Positions 10,739-20,690 of a stretch of DNA of 64,000 bases are shown piece by piece. The notes beneath the pieces are model-generated. The model made no database searches and was not told where the DNA came from. It worked only from the letters and a program-made list of their open reading frames with translations. Numbering within the stretch: the stretch's first letter is position 1; every line of letters begins with the position of its first letter. The stretch is from a virus (taxonomy: Duplodnaviria; Heunggongvirae; Uroviricota; Caudoviricetes), in IMG/VR virus record IMGVR_UViG_3300032050_000049, positions 30,621-94,620 of that record; one strand, given 5' to 3'. The position numbers and the translations under genes are program-made.

Positions 10739-11449
10739 ATGGGAATAGCCAGAGGTCCAAAAATTGTAACAAGCGGTTTATTATTAGCACTAGATGCGGC
10801 CGATAAAAACAGTTACGCTGGTAGCGGCACAGCTTGGCGAGATTTGAGTGGTAATAGTAATAATGGCACATTGACAAATGGACCTACATTTAGTGCGGGT
10901 AATCAAGGAAGTATCGTTTTTGATGGCACAAATGATTACGTTGATACAGTTAATACCGGAACAACTTTTCAATTTGCAAATGTCACATTTACTGTGAGTT
11001 TATGGATAAAAACAAGCGCTACAAGTGGTGTTATTATTTCTAAAGGTGCAACTGCTTCTACGGCAGGTTGGCTGTTTCAATTTAACTCCGAAGGAACAGT
11101 TTCTGGTACTACAAAAGGTTCTGATGGTACTAATACTTATAACAGAGCAAGCACAGCAACAGTCAATAATAATACTTGGAGAAATATAGTATCAGTATAT
11201 ACAACTAATACAACAACTCTTGCGAGTAATACAACATCAATATATATAGATGGTGTTTTAAGTAATGGTACAGGTACATTAGGCGGATTAGTATATGCGA
11301 CAACTACAGATACTGTTCAAATAGGTAGAAGACCTTCCGGTGCTTATTGGTCCGGCTCTGTATCTAATTTATTGATATACAACAGAGCATTAACCGCAAC
11401 AGAAATCTTACAAAACTATAACGCAACAAAAGGTAGATACGGACTATAA
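10739..11449 (+). CDS. LamG lectin-domain protein, tandem paralog 3
   Basis: Same framework; divergent middle. Confidence 0.7.
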   Translation: MGIARGPKIVTSGLLLALDAADKNSYAGSGTAWRDLSGNSNNGTLTNGPTFSAGNQGSIVFDGTNDYVDTVNTGTTFQFANVTFTVSLWIKTSATSGVIISKGATASTAGWLFQFNSEGTVSGTTKGSDGTNTYNRASTATVNNNTWRNIVSVYTTNTTTLASNTTSIYIDGVLSNGTGTLGGLVYATTTDTVQIGRRPSGAYWSGSVSNLLIYNRALTATEILQNYNATKGRYGL

Positions 11450-11454
11450 AATTT

Positions 11455-11727
11455 ATGAGTGAAACAAACGTAACAATATACGAGGATAGAGAATTTATGA
11501 TATTCAATGTAAGTGAATTGAATCTTGTAGATTTCACTAAAGTGGAAGAAACTTCAATCGATACTGTAAGAAAAAGTGTTGACCAAACCAAAACATTTTG
11601 TAAATGGGATGGCGCAACACCTGAATTCTTCAGTCAAATGACCACCAAAGAAGGTCCATACACTTACCCCGAAATATTAGATATACTAGCTACACCCGAA
11701 TGGACAGATCCTAATCCTCCATTCTGA
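11455..11727 (+). CDS. Hypothetical protein (90 aa)
   Basis: ORF; acidic. Confidence 0.4.
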   Translation: MSETNVTIYEDREFMIFNVSELNLVDFTKVEETSIDTVRKSVDQTKTFCKWDGATPEFFSQMTTKEGPYTYPEILDILATPEWTDPNPPF

Positions 11728-11766
11728 TCTATTTATAGTTTTGGTTTATAATATGTATATAAACCA

Positions 11767-14217
11767 ATGATATTTAGAGCTACAAATTCATCGTCGTTTC
11801 TATTTAATCCTATCTACCCAATCTTTCTTACCAGAAAGTATTTGGGTACGCCTCTTTCATTAAATAGACGCAATCTCATTTTCAGAGTAAAAGTAGTAGA
11901 AAGCGCAAGTTTAAATCTTACTCTTAATTCAGCGCTTACCGAATTAAACACAGAATCATCTACCAATAATATAACATTACGATCTGCTAATGTTATACCA
12001 TTATATACCCCAGCTACATTATACAGTTCTCTTAATAGTGTTTCTATACCATCGTCAATTGGAGATAAAATTGATTATGCACAATCACTAAACAGTGTAA
12101 CTTATACAAACGCAAATGTAGAATCTGTAACAATATCACCAGGCTTAAATAACATAAGTTTAAAACTTGACGGTGATAAATCAGTAAATTCAATTAATCT
12201 TTCAAATGTTCAATTAATTGACCCAAGAATAAATATTGGTAATCAAAATATAGCACTAAATAGTACCATATATGATACTCCAATATTAAACTCAAGTGCT
12301 ATATACAATACATTAAATAATGTTGATCATTATAAAAATATAACTGATCAAACAATAACTAATATAGCATTAAACGGTTCAAATTATTACACTGATATAT
12401 TAGATAGTGGTAATACAAACATATCACTTAATAGTATTATCACTTATAAGCCTGATATAGATAATTCAATAAACAGTATCAACTTACATAGCACATTACA
12501 TTTGCCTGTTCAAGTTGATATGGGAAGTAATGTTGTGCAGTTGTTGGGATCATCTTATTATACAAACATATATGATACATCTCAAACCGCAGTATCTGTA
12601 TTGGGATCACAATATTATGTAAACTACACAGATACGTCGCAAACCGCTGTATCTACATTGGGATCACAGTATTATGTGGATTTCTACGATACGTCACAAA
12701 CTGCAGTATCCACACTTGGATCACAATATTATGTTGACTTTTATGATGTATCGCAAATTGCAGAAACAGTACTGGGTTCACAATATTATGTAGATTTTTA
12801 TGACTCATCACAAACCGCAGTATCCACACTTGGATCTCAATATTATGTAAATTTTTATGATGCGTCGCAAAATGCGGAAACTGTACTGGGTTCACAATAT
12901 TATGTAAATTTTTACAATGCATCACAAACCGCTGTATCAACGGTGGGATCTCAATATTATGTAAACTATACTGACGCATCCGATACTTCATTAGCACTAA
13001 ATTCTTCTGGGTATTATGTAAATTATACGGATACATCAATTAATACAAGTAATATAGTTGGTTTAAACAATTATGTAGATTTTTCTGATATATCCAATAA
13101 TTCTATAGCTTTAAATAAATTAAGCAACTATGTTAATTTTGATGATGTATCTATTTCAAATAATGTTTTGGGTAGTCTAAATCATAATCCTGTACAACTT
13201 GAAATTGTAAATGAAAATCTAACTATTTCTAGTCTCAATTATAAATCAATTAATTTAGAAATTGTAAATGAAAATCTTACCATCAATAGTTTAAATTACA
13301 ATTATTATGCTACTGATTTAATTGCTCAAAATAATGGTTTAAATAGTTTAATATTAAAATCTGCTGATTATGATGACAGTGTTTCATTTGCAACATCTTT
13401 AAATTCTGTAACATTTGTACCAAACGAATACATAAAATCGGTTATCCAAAATAGTAGTGTATTGACCAATTTGAGTATGTTTCAAGGACCATATTCAAAT
13501 AATATGACATACAATGTAGCATTAACTAATTTGAATTATTCGTTGAGTGAATATAATAAATTGGTTAATACCACAGATAATTTGCGTAAATTGGTATATG
13601 AAGATGAATCCAACAATAAGTTGGTAAATCAATCATCTAACTTAAGATCGTTAAGATATGATGATACTAGATTTGAAGTAAATGTTAGTGAAAACAATAG
13701 ATTATCATCGTTAAGAAATTTACTTGACTCAAATAATAGCACAAAAATATCTGGGTCATTTAAAAATATATCATATAATGCAGCATTAATTGATACTGTA
13801 TTGGGTTCAAATACTACATTTAGACCATACAGTACCGCTTCAGCTGTTACATTTAATAGTGATTCACCCACAAATTATGTAAAACAAATCAATATTATTT
13901 ACTATATGAACGGGGGTAATTTAACTCAAAGTATAGTAAATTTTGGTGAAGATTTAGCATTTCAAGTAATAGGTAATTCTAATCCTGGCACATATGTAAC
14001 CAACTTTGATTATAATACACCCTACAGAGCCAGTTTTATTACAAAAAATTGGCCAGTATATCAATATGATACAGGTTCCAACGCAAACCTACCTGTTATA
14101 CTCAATTGTTCCAATGTTGAACGTAAAATAAGCGCAACATCAGGTATATGGGTAGAAGCATCATTGGAAGACGGTGGAACATTGGTGGATGAATACGGAT
14201 TTAGTATAGATATATAA
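11767..14217 (+). CDS. Repeat-rich structural or fibre protein (816 aa) with 9 x 17-aa tandem repeats
   Basis: 'LGSQYYV[ND][FY][YT]D.SQTAVST' is repeated. N/S/T-rich composition. Confidence 0.65.
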   Translation: MIFRATNSSSFLFNPIYPIFLTRKYLGTPLSLNRRNLIFRVKVVESASLNLTLNSALTELNTESSTNNITLRSANVIPLYTPATLYSSLNSVSIPSSIGDKIDYAQSLNSVTYTNANVESVTISPGLNNISLKLDGDKSVNSINLSNVQLIDPRINIGNQNIALNSTIYDTPILNSSAIYNTLNNVDHYKNITDQTITNIALNGSNYYTDILDSGNTNISLNSIITYKPDIDNSINSINLHSTLHLPVQVDMGSNVVQLLGSSYYTNIYDTSQTAVSVLGSQYYVNYTDTSQTAVSTLGSQYYVDFYDTSQTAVSTLGSQYYVDFYDVSQIAETVLGSQYYVDFYDSSQTAVSTLGSQYYVNFYDASQNAETVLGSQYYVNFYNASQTAVSTVGSQYYVNYTDASDTSLALNSSGYYVNYTDTSINTSNIVGLNNYVDFSDISNNSIALNKLSNYVNFDDVSISNNVLGSLNHNPVQLEIVNENLTISSLNYKSINLEIVNENLTINSLNYNYYATDLIAQNNGLNSLILKSADYDDSVSFATSLNSVTFVPNEYIKSVIQNSSVLTNLSMFQGPYSNNMTYNVALTNLNYSLSEYNKLVNTTDNLRKLVYEDESNNKLVNQSSNLRSLRYDDTRFEVNVSENNRLSSLRNLLDSNNSTKISGSFKNISYNAALIDTVLGSNTTFRPYSTASAVTFNSDSPTNYVKQINIIYYMNGGNLTQSIVNFGEDLAFQVIGNSNPGTYVTNFDYNTPYRASFITKNWPVYQYDTGSNANLPVILNCSNVERKISATSGIWVEASLEDGGTLVDEYGFSIDI
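12541..13000 (+). repeat. 9 x 51-bp in-frame tandem repeat
   Basis: 'ttgggatcacaatattatgtaaa.t..a..gat.cgtc.caaaccgc.gtatc' recurs. Confidence 0.8.
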
Positions 14218-14241
14218 CAGTGTTTTAATATTTATTAAAGA

Positions 14242-17200
14242 ATGAGAATAACAGATCTACCACAATTATTTACAGCGTCTATCAATGATTTGCTGTACGT
14301 AATTGATGTAAACGATACAAGTAGCTTTTTTTCTGGGTCAAGCAAAAGAATAGACATTAGTACTCTTTTTTCTTCACCTAGCATAACCGCTAGTTTTGCT
14401 AAAAAAGCATTAAGTGCTAGTTATGCTAAAACAGCCAGTTACGCACTAGTATCAAGATCATCCAGTTACGCATTTAATGCTACAACCGCAAGTTATGCAT
14501 TAAATGCTGGTACCAAAATATACACAGGCAGTGTATATCCAATAACCGCAAGTTGGGCTATCAATGGTGGCACCAAATTGTATACCGGCAGTACATACCC
14601 AATAACTTCCAGTTGGGCACTCAATGGTGGCACAAAGTTATATACTTCCAGTACATATCCAATAACCGCAAGTTGGGCCATAACCGCGAGTTACGCTTTA
14701 AATCAAACCACCAGCGGTACATCAGGCACTTCTGGCACCGCAGGTAGTAGCGGAACAAGTGGTACCAGTGGCACAAGTGGTACCAGTGGCACCAGTGGAA
14801 CAAATGGCACCAGTGGATCAAGTGGGTCAAGTGGATCAAGTGGTACATCTGCAACCGCTGGTACTAGTGGTTTAACAGGATCAAGTGGTACGAGTGGTAC
14901 AAGCGGCAGTGATGGTACCAGTGGGTCAAGCGGTAGCAGTGGCAGCAGTGGTACCAGCGGTATAGAAGGTGGTAGATTGTTTACCGTAACAAGTTCTGGA
15001 TTTAATTATAATATCGCTGGTTACACTGGATCATTTCCTACCATTACGGTGGTAAGGGGACAATTATATTACTTTGATGTAAGCGGTGTATCTGCGTCAC
15101 ATCCATTTGCCTTGAGATTGTCAAGTGGCAATACTAGTGCTGTACCTGGCACCACAAATAATGATCCTGTAAATGGATTGGCAAATACAAACACTTTAAT
15201 AATTTACAGAGTACCTGAAGACGCTCCTTCTAGTATAGTTTACCAATGTGTTGTACATTCAGGTATGATTGGAACTATAAATATAGTAAACCAATATGGT
15301 ACATCTGGTACATCTGGTACTGCGGGAACAGCCGGTAGTAGCGGAAGTAGTGGCACAAGTGGTAGTGATGGTACCAGTGGGTCTAGCGGTAGTAGTGGAG
15401 AATCTGGTACAAGTGGTAGCAGTGGAAGTAGTGGAAGTAGTGGTAGTAGCGGATCTAGCGGTAGTAGCGGTAGTAGTGGAAGTAGTGGTACAAGCGGCAG
15501 TGATGGTACCAGTGGATCCAGCGGTAGCAGTGGCAGTAGTGGAACAAGTGGTATAGAAGGTGGTGGTTTATTTACAGTAACTAGTTCTGGTTTTAATTAT
15601 AACATTGCTGGTTATTCTGGTACTTTTCCTACTATTACGGTAGTGAGAGGTCAGTTGTATTATTTTAATGTAAGCGGCGTATCTGCATCACATCCATTTG
15701 CATTGAGATTATCAAGTGGTAATACTGCAACAGTACCAGGAACAACAAACAATGATCCTGTAAATGGATTGGCAAATACAAACACTTTAATAATTTACAG
15801 AGTACCCAATGATGCGCCTAATAGTATAGTTTATCAGTGCGTTATACATTCAGGTATGATTGGAACTATAAACATAGTTGATCAATATGGTACATCCGGT
15901 ACATCTGGTACTACGGGAACAGCTGGATCAAGTGGTAGCAGTGGTAGCAGTGGTAGCAGTGGTGAAAATGGTACAAGTGGTACTAGCGGTAGTACTGGTA
16001 CAAGTGGTAGCAGTGGATCCAGTGGAAGTAGTGGAACAAGTGGTACGTCCGCAACTGCTGGTACAAGTGGTGAAACTTTTGGTACCAGTGGTACTAGCGG
16101 CAGTACAGGAACAAGTGGTACTAGTGGAGAATCTGGTACAAGTGGTAGCAGTGGATCCAGTGGAAGTAGTGGAACAAGCGGCACCAATGGTACATCTGCA
16201 ACTGCTGGTACAAGCGGTGAAACTTTTGGTACCAGTGGTACCAGTGGATTGACGGGAACTAGCGGTACATCTGGTAGTACCGGAACAAGTGGTAGCAGTG
16301 GTAGCAGTGGAGAATCAGGTACCAGTGGAAGTAGTGGACAATCTGGTACTAGTGGCAGTAGTGGTAATACTGGTAGCAGCGGTAGTAGTGGTGTGAGTGG
16401 TACTACGTTGTATACTGGTAGCACATATCCTATAACGGCTAGTAGAGCTGTTACTGCAAGTTATGCGTTGAATGCTACTGGTGGTGGAAGTTCTTTGTAC
16501 ACTGGTAGTACTTATCCGATAACTGCAAGTTGGGCACTGTATGTAGTGAATGGAACTAGTGGTACTGCTTCATTGAATTTAACTAACATTACACGTAGTG
16601 GCAATGGAAGTGGTTCTGTTTATAATTTAAATAACAATACATTTACCGGCACAAATTCTTTGGTATTTCTGGGTGGTATTACTTTAAATAATAATATTGA
16701 TTATACACTGAGTTCTGGAATATTAACATTTACTTCCCCACCACTATTAAATGAAGAAATACACGTTGTTAAATTTACAGGTGGTGGTGCAAATGGTACT
16801 AGTGGTACAAGTGGCATAGTTGGTATTGCCAATGCGCAAACATTCACAAGCAATGGTATTGCTACACAATACGCTCTTACACAAAGTGTAGTACGTAGTT
16901 ATGACATTATAGTTGCTATAAATGGTGTGGTTCAAAATTACAGTTCCAGTTATACTGTAACTGGATCTACACTTACATTAGCTTCTGCACCACCATTAAA
17001 TTCTAAAGTGGATGTCAGATTTTTAGGTAGCGCAGCTGGCGGTGGAGGAGGCGGTAGCGGCACAAACGGTACAAGTGGATCAAGTGGATCAAGTGGTACT
17101 AGCGGCACAAGTGGGTCAAGTGGAGAATCAGGTACAAGTGGATCAAGTGGAGAATCAGGTACAAGTGGGTCAAGTGGGTCAAGTGGAGAATCAGGTACAA

Positions 17201-17865
17201 GTGGGTCAAGTGGTACTAGCGGCACAAGTGGATCAAGTGGAGAATCAGGTACAAGTGGGTCAAGTGGTACTAGCGGCACAAGTGGGTCAAGTGGAGAATC
17301 AGGTACAAGTGGATCAAGTGGGTCAAGTATATCTTTGCAAACTGGCAGTTTATATCCCATAACGGCAAGTAGAGCTATTACTGCAAGTTACGCATTGAAC
17401 GCAACTGGTGGTGGAAGTTCTTTGTATACTGGTAGTACTTATCCCATAACAGCGAGTAGAGCTATTACTGCAAGTTACGCATTGAATGCTTCTGGTGGAG
17501 GTGGTAGTACATTACAAACTGGTAGCACTTATCCCATTACTAGTAGTTATGCTAATTTTGCAATAAATATTGCTGGTAGTGTTACTACATTGGTGGGTAC
17601 TGATATAAATTGGAACAATCCAACTTATGAAAAGAATATTTCAGTTGCAGAGACATATACATTTTCAAATGTTACAACTGGCAGTTCAATTGTGGTTATA
17701 TTGAATAATACAGGCAGCAACAGTATATTATCTACATTTCCAAATAGTGTAAAATGGGCCAATTCATTGCCACCCACAAATATACTATCAAATGCAACTT
17801 CAATTTATACATTTGTAAGAACCAAATTATATGTTCTGGGTAGTTCTACTGAAAACTATCAATAA
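14242..17865 (+). CDS. Giant fibre protein (1207 aa): N-terminal ITDLP module, YPITAS repeats, four collagen-like runs, two cupredoxin-like domains
   Basis: Gly-X-Y runs. Duplicated roughly 110-aa domain with 'SASHPFAL...YQCV[VI]HSGMIG' (H...C-x2-H-x2-M). Confidence 0.75.
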   Translation: MRITDLPQLFTASINDLLYVIDVNDTSSFFSGSSKRIDISTLFSSPSITASFAKKALSASYAKTASYALVSRSSSYAFNATTASYALNAGTKIYTGSVYPITASWAINGGTKLYTGSTYPITSSWALNGGTKLYTSSTYPITASWAITASYALNQTTSGTSGTSGTAGSSGTSGTSGTSGTSGTSGTNGTSGSSGSSGSSGTSATAGTSGLTGSSGTSGTSGSDGTSGSSGSSGSSGTSGIEGGRLFTVTSSGFNYNIAGYTGSFPTITVVRGQLYYFDVSGVSASHPFALRLSSGNTSAVPGTTNNDPVNGLANTNTLIIYRVPEDAPSSIVYQCVVHSGMIGTINIVNQYGTSGTSGTAGTAGSSGSSGTSGSDGTSGSSGSSGESGTSGSSGSSGSSGSSGSSGSSGSSGSSGTSGSDGTSGSSGSSGSSGTSGIEGGGLFTVTSSGFNYNIAGYSGTFPTITVVRGQLYYFNVSGVSASHPFALRLSSGNTATVPGTTNNDPVNGLANTNTLIIYRVPNDAPNSIVYQCVIHSGMIGTINIVDQYGTSGTSGTTGTAGSSGSSGSSGSSGENGTSGTSGSTGTSGSSGSSGSSGTSGTSATAGTSGETFGTSGTSGSTGTSGTSGESGTSGSSGSSGSSGTSGTNGTSATAGTSGETFGTSGTSGLTGTSGTSGSTGTSGSSGSSGESGTSGSSGQSGTSGSSGNTGSSGSSGVSGTTLYTGSTYPITASRAVTASYALNATGGGSSLYTGSTYPITASWALYVVNGTSGTASLNLTNITRSGNGSGSVYNLNNNTFTGTNSLVFLGGITLNNNIDYTLSSGILTFTSPPLLNEEIHVVKFTGGGANGTSGTSGIVGIANAQTFTSNGIATQYALTQSVVRSYDIIVAINGVVQNYSSSYTVTGSTLTLASAPPLNSKVDVRFLGSAAGGGGGGSGTNGTSGSSGSSGTSGTSGSSGESGTSGSSGESGTSGSSGSSGESGTSGSSGTSGTSGSSGESGTSGSSGTSGTSGSSGESGTSGSSGSSISLQTGSLYPITASRAITASYALNATGGGSSLYTGSTYPITASRAITASYALNASGGGGSTLQTGSTYPITSSYANFAINIAGSVTTLVGTDINWNNPTYEKNISVAETYTFSNVTTGSSIVVILNNTGSNSILSTFPNSVKWANSLPPTNILSNATSIYTFVRTKLYVLGSSTENYQ
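14509..14690 (+). repeat. 3 x 60-bp tandem repeat encoding 'GGTKLYTGSTYPITASWALN'
   Basis: Direct repeats visible in DNA and protein. Confidence 0.75.
14710..14950 (+). repeat. Collagen-like Gly-X-Y run 1 of the 14242 protein
   Basis: GTSGTSGTAGSSG... periodicity. Confidence 0.8.
14958..15300 (+). other. Cupredoxin-like domain copy 1 (amicyanin-like ligand spacing)
   Basis: 'SASHPFAL' His, 49 residues, then 'YQCVVHSGMIG' (C-x2-H-x2-M), then 'TINIV' beta-strand. Confidence 0.55.
15298..15548 (+). repeat. Collagen-like run 2
   Basis: GTSGSSG periodicity. Confidence 0.8.
15550..15890 (+). other. Cupredoxin-like domain copy 2
   Basis: Same ligand set 'SASHPFAL...YQCVIHSGMIG'. Confidence 0.55.
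15893..16400 (+). repeat. Collagen-like run 3 (longest, about 170 aa) with two 'SATAGTSGETFGTSGTSG' sub-duplications
   Basis: Gly-X-Y periodicity; internal duplicate blocks. Confidence 0.8.
17040..17330 (+). repeat. Collagen-like run 4 (GTSGSSGESG units)
   Basis: Near-perfect 27-nt sub-repeats 'ggtacaagtgggtcaagtggagaatca'. Confidence 0.8.
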
Positions 17866-17873
17866 TATGTTGT

Positions 17874-19241
17874 ATGCCTATATCAAGAATAACCAGAAAT
17901 AGTCTAGTATACGCCAATAACAAAACTCAAAACATTGAGTCTAGACTATTTGGCTTACCAACACAATCAGGCTCACTTTATTTGCAAAATAGTCAATCAC
18001 TATATTTGCAAGATTTAAGCGGTACATACGTACTAGAATATCCTTCCGCAATCGCATTATCCTATAACAGTTACTACAATAAATTCATAGCCGATAGGTC
18101 CACCCAAAACTCATTACTAACAACACGTTATTATACCAGTGAAAGTAAAGCTACTGGCGATTTTGGCTATATACTGTACCAAAATAGTAGATCAATGTAT
18201 ACTCAAGCTACCCCAGACATTTATTTGCTTGAATATAGCGCTACAAGCAGTTTGTTAACTGATACAGGATCAAGTGCTTTATCGCTCAAAACACGTTACT
18301 TTGTTAGTGAAAGTAAAGCTACTGGCGATTTTGGCTATATATTGTATCAAAATAGCAGATCAATGTATACTCAAGCTACTCCAGACATTTATTTGCTTGA
18401 ATATAACGCTACAAGCAGTTTGTTAACTGATACAGGATCAAGTGCTTTATCGCTCAAAACACGTTACTTTGTTAGTGAAAGTAAAGGAAGTGGTAACTTT
18501 GGTTATATACTGTATCAAAATAGCAGATCCGTATATCTACAAGATCCAAATAGTATACTTTTATTATATGATCCAGATATTATACCAGTTGGCACCAGTG
18601 CAAGTTTACAAGAAACTGGATCAAATGTTTTATCTTTTAGAACTCGTTATTATATCAGTGAAAGTAAAGCGTCAAGTATATATCTAGGTTATCAAAATGA
18701 TAGAAGCATCTATTTAGAAAATACTGCAAATCCATTTGTCATAGAATATAACGGTACAAGCAGTTTGTTAACTGATACCGGATCAAATGCTTTATCTTTT
18801 AGAACTCGTTATTATATCAGTGAAAGTAAAGCGTCAAGTATCTTCTTGGGTTATCAAAATGATAGAAGCATCTATTTAGAAAATACCGCAAATCCATTTG
18901 TCATAGAATATAGTGGTACAAGTAGTTTGTTAACTGATACCGGATCAAGTGCTTTATCGTTCAGAACCAAATACTATATCAGTGAAAGTAAAGCGTCAAG
19001 TATCTTCTTGGGTTATCAAAATGATAGAGCTGTATATTTGGAGAATACTGATAATCCATTTGTTATAGAATATAGTACTACGAGCAGTTTGTTAACTGAT
19101 AGCGGGTCAATTAATCAGTTATTATTAACAAAGTATTATCTCAGTGAAAGTATAGCGTCAGGTAGTTTATATATTGGATATCAAAATGATAGAAGTATCT
19201 ATTTAGAGAATTTAACCGATGTATTTGTTTTGGAGCCATAA
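17874..19241 (+). CDS. Repeat protein (455 aa), about 8 x 56-aa tandem repeats
   Basis: 'TRY[FY][IV]SESKA.G.FGY[IQ]...RS.Y...' recurs with a 168-171 nt period. Confidence 0.65.
   Translation: MPISRITRNSLVYANNKTQNIESRLFGLPTQSGSLYLQNSQSLYLQDLSGTYVLEYPSAIALSYNSYYNKFIADRSTQNSLLTTRYYTSESKATGDFGYILYQNSRSMYTQATPDIYLLEYSATSSLLTDTGSSALSLKTRYFVSESKATGDFGYILYQNSRSMYTQATPDIYLLEYNATSSLLTDTGSSALSLKTRYFVSESKGSGNFGYILYQNSRSVYLQDPNSILLLYDPDIIPVGTSASLQETGSNVLSFRTRYYISESKASSIYLGYQNDRSIYLENTANPFVIEYNGTSSLLTDTGSNALSFRTRYYISESKASSIFLGYQNDRSIYLENTANPFVIEYSGTSSLLTDTGSSALSFRTKYYISESKASSIFLGYQNDRAVYLENTDNPFVIEYSTTSSLLTDSGSINQLLLTKYYLSESIASGSLYIGYQNDRSIYLENLTDVFVLEP
18100..19210 (+). repeat. About 8 x 168-171-bp in-frame tandem repeat
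   Basis: Near-identical blocks, for example 18290-18460 and 18120-18290. Confidence 0.8.
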
Positions 19242-19302
19242 AAAATAAAGTTTATATCATAACATTCTTTATATTTATAAACAGAAATCGTAATTTTATA
19301 AA

Positions 19303-20670
19303 ATGTCAACAGGAATAAACAACAATATTGATTGTAAATTGCAAGGCAAAGTTCGTGTTGTGGTTATGGAAAAAGACAAAATCATACACGACACTGGTGA
19401 AATAAAAAATATGATCACCAATCAAGGTATGGATGAAGTTGCAAATAGACCATTTGCTGAATTATTCGCTTGTTGTGCAATTGGAACTGGAACTGCTGAT
19501 ACTAAAAAAACCAATGTTCCCATAACTGGTTCCATAACATCAGGCAATGGTTTTGATATTAATTTAAGAGGCAGTGTTTCTCGTAGATCTGGATCATTGG
19601 TAACGTTTCCCAGAACAAGTGTAGCATTTCCTATATCAGGCAGTGTTATTAGAGCAAGTGATGTGGGTAATATCATTAAAATAAACAACGATAATACTTT
19701 TAGAATAAGAGCACAAACTGGTATTAATACAGCCAGAAGTTGTAGTGTATTAAATATGGATGGTACTGTACCAACAGGATCCTCAAGTGATAATAATTAT
19801 ACCATTTGGTTTACCAATCAAATTAGTATGTCAAATGAAACACAAAGATGTGGTAGAACATCAGATGGCAATAACTTTCCTGCTGCATCAGGTAGTTATG
19901 GTACAAATTGTAATAGTCAAATTTATAGCAGCGGTATAATTCACAGTCGTCAATTTAATTTTGCAACCGCATTGGTTGATGATACAAATACAATCACTGA
20001 AGTTGGATTGAGTTGGTTACCATTTTATAGAAGTCCAGCATTGTTTAGTAGAATTCGTTTGACCCAAGGCAGTGCTGGTAATGCGATACCTGCTGTATTG
20101 GCTGGACAAAACGTGGTGGTATTTTATTCACTAAACGTTGGTATGTCGCCTACCACAGCTACAACCGGTTCTGTTAATATAACTGGTAGCAATAAAGGTG
20201 GTAATTCACAAATGAATTTGTATGGATTAAGCAAAGTAAGTAGCAGTGGAGTAACAACTTATTTTGATGGTGGGTTACACGGCAATGAACCATATTATTT
20301 TAACCAAAGAAGTAAATACGGACTACCAGATACAGTTTTTAGACCACTGTATATATTTACATCCGCAACTGATACTGCAAGTCCTACGTGGGGTACAAAT
20401 ATAACTAGAAATAGTAGTTTTATTACCAAATCAATTGATAAAACACCTGTATATAGTAGAGTATATCCCACCAGCAGTTATGGTTATACATTAACCAAAG
20501 TGGCTACATTCAATGATACTGAATCTATCAATGCAACTTGGAACAGTTTTGGTGTGGGTGTACATACAGCCAGTAACTTGATGTCATTTGTATTTGGTGC
20601 TACTCAAAATAAACAAAATGGATATTTGTTAGCAATATCTCAATCGTTTACTTGGAATAGAATATTTTAA
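19303..20670 (+). CDS. Hypothetical structural protein (455 aa)
   Basis: Long ORF after a 61-bp AT-rich gap; S/T/N-rich. Confidence 0.55.
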   Translation: MSTGINNNIDCKLQGKVRVVVMEKDKIIHDTGEIKNMITNQGMDEVANRPFAELFACCAIGTGTADTKKTNVPITGSITSGNGFDINLRGSVSRRSGSLVTFPRTSVAFPISGSVIRASDVGNIIKINNDNTFRIRAQTGINTARSCSVLNMDGTVPTGSSSDNNYTIWFTNQISMSNETQRCGRTSDGNNFPAASGSYGTNCNSQIYSSGIIHSRQFNFATALVDDTNTITEVGLSWLPFYRSPALFSRIRLTQGSAGNAIPAVLAGQNVVVFYSLNVGMSPTTATTGSVNITGSNKGGNSQMNLYGLSKVSSSGVTTYFDGGLHGNEPYYFNQRSKYGLPDTVFRPLYIFTSATDTASPTWGTNITRNSSFITKSIDKTPVYSRVYPTSSYGYTLTKVATFNDTESINATWNSFGVGVHTASNLMSFVFGATQNKQNGYLLAISQSFTWNRIF

Positions 20671-20690
20671 TATTAATAGTTATAAGTTAT

